This document shows positions 57,416-64,000 of a DNA stretch of 64,000 nt, piece after piece. The stretch is from NCBI GenBank assembly GCA_038230375.1, contig JBBRNJ010000010.1:77471-141470 (forward strand), written 5' to 3'. The stretch's first letter is position 1, and every line of letters begins with the position of its first letter. The notes under the pieces are model-generated. The model saw only the letters and a program-made list of their open reading frames with translations, searched no databases and had not been told where the DNA came from. The stretch is from Polyangiales bacterium (GTDB lineage: Bacteria; Myxococcota_A; Polyangia; Polyangiales; Polyangiaceae). Both the position numbers and the translations under genes were made by a program.

Positions 57416-58174
57416 ATGTACGCGCCCAGCATCGTGCGCTTCCTCACAGCGCTCCTCCTGGCCTGCGGGACTCTCAGCATCGGGTCCGCAGCGCGCGCCA
57501 TGACATGCACGGAGCCGCAGGATCCGGTGAAGGCATGGGCGGCGGAGTTCGCGCGTGCGGACGTGGTGTTCCAGGGACGTGCGCTCTCGATCGATCAAGA
57601 GCTCGCCACCACGTTCGACGTCGAGCGTGTCTTCAAGGGCATCGTTGGGAAGCGTGTCGTCATCACGACCTACCGAAATAAGTACATCCGCATCGAGCCA
57701 CCCGGACGCTTCGTGGTCTTCGCTTACCTGGATGGGGCCGGCGCGTCGCCGCGCGTGCTCACCATCCGCGGCTGCATGAGCACACTGAGCGTTCCGTGGC
57801 CCGCAGCCCTGGATCCGATCCTGGCGCGACCAGCTCCCCCTTCCGACGCAGGCGCGGCGGAGCCCGAGGCAGCGGATGCGAGCGCAGCGGATGCGAGCGC
57901 AGCGGATGCGAGTGCAGCGGATGCAAGTGCTGCGGGAGGCGAACCATCGCCGCGCGTGACGGGCCGCGAGCCCGCACCGTCCATCGCTCCCTCGCCTCCC
58001 CACGCGGGGTGTGCGTCGTGCAGCGTGGCCAGAGGCAGCGACCTACCCGCTCCGCCAGGTGCGTGGTTGTTCGTCGCTGCGGTGTGGGTCGCCACAGCAT
58101 CACGACGATATGGCGCTCGCTTTTTTCCACACGCGAGGCGAGGTAGCCGCGCGCAGCAGGTACCACCACGCTAG
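57416..58174 (+). CDS. Secreted TIMP/NTR-like protein with a MYXO-CTERM-like sorting tail
   Basis: Signal peptide; C..ADVVFQGRA..FDVERVFKG; DASAA linker; HAGCASCSV...WLFVAAVWVATASRR. Confidence 0.65.
   Translation: MYAPSIVRFLTALLLACGTLSIGSAARAMTCTEPQDPVKAWAAEFARADVVFQGRALSIDQELATTFDVERVFKGIVGKRVVITTYRNKYIRIEPPGRFVVFAYLDGAGASPRVLTIRGCMSTLSVPWPAALDPILARPAPPSDAGAAEPEAADASAADASAADASAADASAAGGEPSPRVTGREPAPSIAPSPPHAGCASCSVARGSDLPAPPGAWLFVAAVWVATASRRYGARFFPHARRGSRAQQVPPR
57872..57931 (+). repeat. 15-bp tandem repeat x4 encoding ADASA
   Basis: gcggatgcgagcgca x2, gcggatgcgagtgca, gcggatgcaagtgct. Confidence 0.92.
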
Positions 58175-58242
58175 TCCTGCCGCACAGACTGCTGGCCCGG
58201 AGCCACCAGCACGACAAGAACACAACGCGCGTCTCGCAGGAG

Positions 58243-60828
58243 GTGGTGGAGACGGTGGCGCTCGATCCGGCCGGCGTCTACGCGCGCCTGCACACGCGCC
58301 CAGATGGGCTGACCTCGCAGGAGGCCGTGACGCGCCTTGCCGAGCACGGGCCCAACGTCCTGGCGAAGGATCAGCGCCCGAGCTTTCTGCGCCTTCTCTG
58401 GCACGCGGTGCGAAACCCGCTCGTGGTGCTTCTTGCGGTGCTGGCGGCGGTCTCGTTTGCAACCGCCGACGTTCGCGCCGGAACCATGATGCTGCTCATG
58501 ATCGCGCTCAGCGTAGGTCTGAAGCTGTTCCAGGAGGCCAAGGCAAATAACGCCGCTGCAAAGCTCAAGGCGATGATCTCGATCAACGCCACCGCGCTTC
58601 GCGACGGAGCTGCGAAGGAAGTGCCGGTGTCGCAGCTCGTGCCCGGCGACGTGGTGCAGCTGACCGCAGGCGACATGATCCCGGGCGACGTGCGCATCGT
58701 GGTCGCGAAGGATCTGTTCGTCATCCAGGGCTCGCTCACGGGCGAGAGCTTTCCCGTGGAGAAGTTCGTGGTGGAGAAGGTCCCACCGAGCGACACGCCG
58801 CTGGAGCTCACGAGCATCGCGTTCCTGGGCACCAGCGTGGGAAGCGGCTCGGCGACCGCAGTCGTGGTCGCGACGGGAAAGGACACGTACCTGGGCGGCA
58901 TGGCCGAGTCTCTCCAGGAAGCGCATGTCGCGACCGCGTTCGATCGCGGCATTGCGCAGTTCACCTGGCTGATGATGGGCTTCATGGGCGTCATGGTGCC
59001 GCTGGTCTTCGTCATCAACGGCGTGACGAAGGGCACGTGGGGGGAGGCGTTCTTCTTTGCCGTGGCGGTCGCCGTGGGCCTCACGCCCGAGATGCTCCCG
59101 ATGATCGTGACCATCTGTCTGTCGAAGGGCGCCGTCGCCATGGGCGGAAAAAGGGTCATCGTGAAGCGCATCAACGCGATCCAGAACCTGGGCGCGATGG
59201 ATGTACTCTGCACGGACAAAACCGGCACGCTCACGAGAGACGAGATCATCCTGGAGCGTCACTGCGACGTCCAGCTGCGCGAGAGCGAGGACATCCTGGC
59301 GCTCGCGTACATCAACAGCCACTTCCAGACCGGCCTCAAGAGCGTGATGGACCGCGCGGTGCTCAAGCACGAGGAAACCCACGCGCACGCGCGCATTCCC
59401 GACCTCGCGAAGGTCGACGAGATCCCGTTCGACTTCGAACGCCGCATGATGTCCGTCGTCGTGCGCACGAAAGAGGGCCAGGATCGCATGATCTCCAAGG
59501 GCGCGCCCGAGGCGGTCTTCACAAGGTGCAAGAGCTTCACGCTCGACGGGCAGCCGCACCCCATGGACCACCCGCACATCGAGGAGCTGCAGAAGGAGTA
59601 CGAGCGGCTCAGCACCGACGGCTTCCGCGTGCTTGCCATCGCCACGAAGGAGGTTCCGCCGCACGGGACAATCCCGGGTGGCTCGACGGCCTACTGCAAA
59701 GCAGACGAGTGCGACTTGATCCTGCAGGGCTATGTCGCGTTCCTGGATCCGCCGAAGGAGAGCGCGCCTGCCGCCATCAAGGCGCTCCAGGCACACGGCA
59801 TTGCGGTCAAGGTCATCACGGGAGACAACGCGCTTGTCGCCCGCAAGGTCTGCAAGGACGTCGGGCTGCAGACGGACGTCGTGCTCACCGGCGATCAGGT
59901 GGAGAAGATGACGGACGACGCGCTCGCCGACGCGGCGGAGAAGACCACGCTCTTTGCGCGCGTCTCGCCGGCGCACAAGCAGCGGATCATCAGGGCGCTC
60001 CAGCACCACAAGCACACCGTGGGCTTCATGGGCGACGGCATCAATGACGCGCCCGCGCTCCACGCTGCCGACGTGGGCATCAGCGTGGACACCGCGGTGG
60101 ACATTGCCAAGGAGTCCGCCGACATGATCCTCCTCGAGAAGTCGCTCCTCGTCCTGGACGAGGGGGTCGTCGAGGGGCGCAAGGTGTTCTCGAACATCAT
60201 CAAGTACGTCCGCATGGGCGCATCGAGCAACTTCGGAAACATGTTCAGCGTGCTCGGCGCGAGCGTCTTCGTTCCATTCCTTCCAATGCGTCCGATCCAG
60301 ATCCTTGCGAACAATCTGCTCTACGACATCAGCCAGACGGCGATCCCCACCGACGCCGTGGACGCCGAGCGCCTCGCCATGCCGCGCGCGTGGAACATCA
60401 AGGAGCTGACGCGGTTCATCGTCTTCATCGGGCCGTGTTCGTCGATATTCGACTACACGACCTACTTTCTGATGCTCTATGTCTTCAAGTGCTGGGACGT
60501 CTCCACGCCAGAGGCCGCAGCACACAGCCAGAGCCTCTTCCAGACAGGCTGGTTCGTGGAGAGCCTGCTCACGCAGACGCTGATCATTCACATCATCCGC
60601 ACGAACAAGATTCCCTTCTTGCAGAGCCGCCCGTCGCTCTACGTTGCCGGGACCAGCGTGGCCATCATGGCGTTCGGTGTGGCACTCCCGTTCACGCCCC
60701 TTGGCCGGTATCTCGGTTTCACGGCATTGCCGCCGCTCTACTGGGCATTCCTGGCGCTGACGCTGGTCTGCTATGTGCTCGTGACGCAGGGCGTGAAGAT
60801 GCTGCTCTTGCGTCTGAAGTGGATATGA
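58243..60828 (+). CDS. mgtA: Magnesium-translocating P-type ATPase
   Basis: TGESFPVEK, AVGLTPEMLPMIV, DKTGTLT, PFDFERR, GDGINDAP, SSNFGNMFSV, NNLLYD, FQTGWFVES. Confidence 0.95.
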   Translation: MVETVALDPAGVYARLHTRPDGLTSQEAVTRLAEHGPNVLAKDQRPSFLRLLWHAVRNPLVVLLAVLAAVSFATADVRAGTMMLLMIALSVGLKLFQEAKANNAAAKLKAMISINATALRDGAAKEVPVSQLVPGDVVQLTAGDMIPGDVRIVVAKDLFVIQGSLTGESFPVEKFVVEKVPPSDTPLELTSIAFLGTSVGSGSATAVVVATGKDTYLGGMAESLQEAHVATAFDRGIAQFTWLMMGFMGVMVPLVFVINGVTKGTWGEAFFFAVAVAVGLTPEMLPMIVTICLSKGAVAMGGKRVIVKRINAIQNLGAMDVLCTDKTGTLTRDEIILERHCDVQLRESEDILALAYINSHFQTGLKSVMDRAVLKHEETHAHARIPDLAKVDEIPFDFERRMMSVVVRTKEGQDRMISKGAPEAVFTRCKSFTLDGQPHPMDHPHIEELQKEYERLSTDGFRVLAIATKEVPPHGTIPGGSTAYCKADECDLILQGYVAFLDPPKESAPAAIKALQAHGIAVKVITGDNALVARKVCKDVGLQTDVVLTGDQVEKMTDDALADAAEKTTLFARVSPAHKQRIIRALQHHKHTVGFMGDGINDAPALHAADVGISVDTAVDIAKESADMILLEKSLLVLDEGVVEGRKVFSNIIKYVRMGASSNFGNMFSVLGASVFVPFLPMRPIQILANNLLYDISQTAIPTDAVDAERLAMPRAWNIKELTRFIVFIGPCSSIFDYTTYFLMLYVFKCWDVSTPEAAAHSQSLFQTGWFVESLLTQTLIIHIIRTNKIPFLQSRPSLYVAGTSVAIMAFGVALPFTPLGRYLGFTALPPLYWAFLALTLVCYVLVTQGVKMLLLRLKWI

Positions 60829-60885
60829 AGTCAGCGCGGGGACCCATCCGCAGTCGCTCGAGACTCTGATACGCTGGCATCGCGC

Positions 60886-61643
60886 GTGCCCACCGAGTCC
60901 GAGCTCCTTTCTGCAGTGACGGCGCATCCCGACGACGACGCGCCACGCATTGCGCTCGCGAAGCACTGGGGGGGCGACCGCGAGCGCTTCGTGCTCGGTC
61001 AGCTGAAGTGGATCGCCGCAGCTCGAAAGGGCTACGGCGATCCCGACATGCTCGCGAACGAACGCCTCGGGGAGCCGCACCTTCGCGCGTGGGAGGGCCC
61101 ATCGCCGAGCGCGTGAGGGTGGTGAAGTTCGTGCGTGGATTTCCGGAGTGGATCGAGGCCGATGCCACGGTGTTCGCGCGCGAGTGGCAAGACCTGGTGC
61201 GGCTCGCGCCCATTCGTCATCTCGATGTCGTCCACGCGAAGACGGCGGACGCGCTCACCGCGCTGTTTGCGTGCCCTGCGCTCGCGCAGATCATCACGCT
61301 CTCCTTCAACGTGATCGGACCGCGCTTCGGACCACCGGACGGCACGCTGGTCACGCCGCTGGTAGAGAGCCCGCATCTCGGCAAGCTGCGCGTGCTCGAC
61401 CTGCGCTGCTGTCCGTTGACCAGCGACCAAAAGGCACGCATCGCACACGCGACCAACATGCCCGCGCTCGAGTGCCTGCAGGTGGACGATCTCACGGAGT
61501 CGGTCGGGATGGATTACGACGGTTCGATCCAGACCGTGTACCCGAGCGAGGAGCTCGCTGCGTTCGAGACCCAATACGGCAAGGCTCGCGCACTCCACTA
61601 CACGGAGCGCACGGAGCGCACCGTCACGCGCGACTACTTCTAG
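60886..61643 (+). pseudogene. TIGR02996-domain/LRR-like gene split by a one-base frameshift near 61095-61101
   Basis: Frame 1 (60886..61116) has LLSAVTAHPDDDAPRIALA (TIGR02996-like). The -1 frame continues PIAERVRVVKFVRGFPEWI...LRVLDLR to TAG 61643. Confidence 0.7.
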
Positions 61644-61660
61644 AGCATAATGGGGCAACC

Positions 61661-62539
61661 ATGCCCAAGCCGACGTACGCAGAGCAGATCTACAAGAACC
61701 AGCACGGCATGATCGAGATGCTCGGGGGCACCTGGAAGGATGAAGGCGGCGTGCTCACCGGGATCTGGAACGGCCTGACGGTGACGCGGATGCAGGTCGT
61801 CGACGCGAAGAACGTGCGTTGCGAGCTTCTCCTGACCGCGAGCGCGGCTGCGGCGATCGGACCGGACCGCGCGCGCTTCTATGGGGGCGCTTCAGAGGCG
61901 GCGTTCGTGTCGATCGTCACGGGACGAGATCCACGGCTGGCGCTCCAGGCGAACTTCGGCACAGCCTCCGGCGCGGCGGTGCGTGACATCAAGGACGGAG
62001 GACGTGCGGCCGCGAAGGGAGCGGCGGAGCGCGTCGCGGCGTTGCTTGGTGGCGCGTCGCCCGCGGTCCCAAGGCGCAAGAGCCTCGTCAGCGACGGGGC
62101 CTCCTATGTCGTGGTTCGCAAATCTGCGCTGAAGACGTGGAAGGCCCTCACGGCGAAGGAGACCCGCGGGCCCGATGCGGCGTTCTTGTTGACGCGCGGC
62201 AAGACGCACGCGCTCGTGCTCGGCACCCCCGACCTGCTGTACGCATTTCCCACCAAGGATGGCGCGCTGCTCGTGCGAGTCGTGTCGTTCGACGCCGACG
62301 ACGACGAGGTCCTTGCGAGGCACGTCGCCGCGATCCGCAAGAGCGGCTTCCACGAGATCGAGGGCACGCTCGAGACAGACGGGGCGCTCGCCGTCCTCTC
62401 CGCTGCAGACGCCGGCAAGGACGCGGAGACGCTATCCATCGACCTACCCGCCGGCGAGTATGCGGTGAGCCACGCCACCGTGATGCCGGACGACACAACG
62501 GAGTTGCTTGTCGTGAGGCTCGCGCGTTCCCGCACCTGA
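61661..62539 (+). CDS. Two-domain hypothetical protein with an Imm21-like C-terminal domain
   Basis: C-terminal LVSDGASYVVVRKSALKTW...HALVLG...LLVRV...IDLPAGEYAV...LVVRL resembles immunity protein 21. Confidence 0.55.
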   Translation: MPKPTYAEQIYKNQHGMIEMLGGTWKDEGGVLTGIWNGLTVTRMQVVDAKNVRCELLLTASAAAAIGPDRARFYGGASEAAFVSIVTGRDPRLALQANFGTASGAAVRDIKDGGRAAAKGAAERVAALLGGASPAVPRRKSLVSDGASYVVVRKSALKTWKALTAKETRGPDAAFLLTRGKTHALVLGTPDLLYAFPTKDGALLVRVVSFDADDDEVLARHVAAIRKSGFHEIEGTLETDGALAVLSAADAGKDAETLSIDLPAGEYAVSHATVMPDDTTELLVVRLARSRT

Positions 62540-62631
62540 CGCGTCACCCTGATTTCCAGTGGTTGGTGCGTGCCTCAGATCGGCGCGGCCGTTCTTGCAG
62601 TCACCGCACGTGCAGAAGTCGCAGAAGGCGC

Positions 62632-63060
62632 TCATGTCCATGTCGGGTAGAAGGCGAGCCCCGTCACGATGATCTCCAGTGCTGCGCCCAGGTCGGGGCG
62701 TTGACCCGACAGATCATCTGCCTCGAGCGTGAGGAACTCGGGCCCGCTCTGGAGATAGACGTCCACGATGAACACGTGCGGCGTCACGTCGATGATGTTG
62801 TGCGCGACGCCGACGACCCGGACTCCGCCCGACTCCGCCGGAAACAATCCGTGCGTCACGGCTGGTTCCGCCGCGAGCACGCGCCAGCTCTGCACGGCCG
62901 TGAACCCGAGCTCCACGATCAGCGTCCGTCCGATCTCGCCCTCCAGGCGCGCGCGCTCTCCGACGACCTCGGCATCGAGACGCTGGTCCCCGTGCGCGAC
63001 GATCGCGCGCACGCCGCGGGGCGTGTCGCCCAGCACCTCCTTGATCACGATCGCCACCAT
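62632..63060 (-). CDS. Hypothetical protein
   Basis: 142-aa ORF with coding-like composition, downstream of mazF. Confidence 0.65.
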   Translation of the reverse strand: MVAIVIKEVLGDTPRGVRAIVAHGDQRLDAEVVGERARLEGEIGRTLIVELGFTAVQSWRVLAAEPAVTHGLFPAESGGVRVVGVAHNIIDVTPHVFIVDVYLQSGPEFLTLEADDLSGQRPDLGAALEIIVTGLAFYPTWT

Positions 63061-63105
63061 TTCGTTATAGCGCGGCGTACCGCTGTCTTGATGTCCGCAG
63101 GATAG

Positions 63106-63468
63106 CTATCGCGCGAAGAAGGACGCTTGCTGAAAACGTAGGCCTGCGAGGATCTGCTCAACCCTCTCTGCAGACACGGCCCCGATACGCTCACCAAGAC
63201 GCGCCTTCTCGACAGATTCGATCTGCGAAACGACCACCACGCTCTGCTCGGGCAGATTGGCCTCGCCCACGTCGAGCAGCACGTTCCCTGGTTCGTTCGC
63301 GCGATGCAGGTTCGACGTCAGCGCGCACACGATGACGGTGGTGATGCGCGAGTGATTGAAGACATCCTCCGACACCACGACGTGCGGATGCGAGTAGCTC
63401 GCAGGCCCGCGTGACTCATCGGGCCCCATCCAGAACACCTCACCGCGGTTGACCTGCATCGGTTCCAT
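63106..63468 (-). CDS. mazF: PemK/MazF-family endoribonuclease, no adjacent antitoxin
   Basis: VNRGEVFW, HPHVVVSEDVFN, TVIVCALTSN, SVVVVSQIESVEK..LGERIG. Confidence 0.88.
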   Translation of the reverse strand: MEPMQVNRGEVFWMGPDESRGPASYSHPHVVVSEDVFNHSRITTVIVCALTSNLHRANEPGNVLLDVGEANLPEQSVVVVSQIESVEKARLGERIGAVSAERVEQILAGLRFQQASFFAR

Positions 63469-63610
63469 TCGCGAAGCCATTGTGACATGTCCAGCCGGCC
63501 ACTCAACATCGACCGCGGTCACCTGGGGGGACGCGGATCTGCGCGGATCGAGCGGCAACCGGCCCGGCATGCGCGTTGCTGGTGCTGGGTGCTACACTGA
63601 GGAGACCGTC

Positions 63611-63865
63611 ATGAGTGACCTATCGACCAAGGTACTGATCGAGATCCGCGACGAGATCAAGTCCACGAAGGACCAGCTGAGTGGGCGCCTCGACGTCCTC
63701 GCCAAACGCCAGACCGAATCGGAGCTTCGCGTCACGACCGAGCTCGTCGCGGTTCGTGATTCAGTGGATCGCGTCGTCGAATTGCTCCGCAGTGACCGCT
63801 CTCTGCGCGGTGACGTTCAGGAGTTGAAAGCGCGCGTCACGCTGCTCGAGCAGAAGACCCGCTAG
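63611..63865 (+). CDS. Small coiled-coil hypothetical protein
   Basis: GAGGAG SD; MSDLSTKVLIEIRDEIK...LKARVTLLE heptad pattern. Confidence 0.75.
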   Translation: MSDLSTKVLIEIRDEIKSTKDQLSGRLDVLAKRQTESELRVTTELVAVRDSVDRVVELLRSDRSLRGDVQELKARVTLLEQKTR

Positions 63866-64000
63866 CACTACTGCGGGATGTCGCCGTCCCAGGCGCGAAT
63901 CTACGCATCAATCGCGCCGTGGCAACGGGACAATACCCGGCGTATCCGGGGACCACTGGCGGCAGCGAGCAACAGACGCCAAGCGTCGCTCGTTCGCTTC

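Noticed and set aside
58171..61080. 969-aa minus-strand ORF (also 35074..37200, 4018..5439, 24830..26467, 42923..44653 and similar)
   Set aside because: Antisense or off-frame shadows of well-supported genes. They are Arg/Ala/Gly-rich with no motifs, as expected from stop-codon scarcity in high-GC DNA.
63868..64000. Minus-strand GAIDA*IRAWDGDIPQ* faintly like a rhodanese/MoeB C-terminus
   Set aside because: Too short, interrupted by stops and cut by the window edge.
1..64000. tRNA, rRNA, riboswitch, IS/integrase, prophage, intrinsic terminators
   Set aside because: None recognised by eye. Intergenic gaps are short and lack clear hairpin-plus-U tracts. A tRNAscan/Rfam run would be needed to exclude small RNAs.

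Overview
Very GC-rich bacterial DNA that is almost entirely protein-coding (about 55 genes or gene remnants). The gene content points to a myxobacterium, probably Polyangiaceae/Labilithrix-like (inference): Hanks-type Ser/Thr kinases, many Cys-lipobox lipoproteins, MYXO-CTERM, AgmX/PglI-like and TIGR02996-like domains. I saw no rRNA, tRNA, CRISPR array, integrase or transposase. Recognisable genes: DDAH-family amidinohydrolase, phenylalanine 4-monooxygenase, a NarL/DesK-type two-component pair, two GSTs, YaeQ, ArsR + SRPBCC, YebC, TamA/TamB, an aldo/keto reductase, three Ser/Thr kinases, a metallophosphoesterase, SelO, an ABC1/UbiB kinase, Gsk, MgtA and a solitary MazF/PemK. Best candidates for undescribed systems: (1) gsk followed by a 557-aa protein with an unknown N-terminus and a C-terminal nucleoside phosphorylase/nucleosidase fold; (2) a tightly coupled kinase-Sel1 / metallophosphoesterase / kinase-STAND / SelO operon; (3) scattered orphan immunity-like genes (SMI1/KNR4, Imm21-like, LRR/TIGR02996). 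Smaller signals: an internally deleted mscS remnant, a truncated Rossmann-fold gene stub, a frameshifted TIGR02996 gene, a trypsin homologue lacking the catalytic Ser, a dense G-run tract, and a clear ArsR promoter/operator. All family calls come from motif recognition by eye; no database searches were run.
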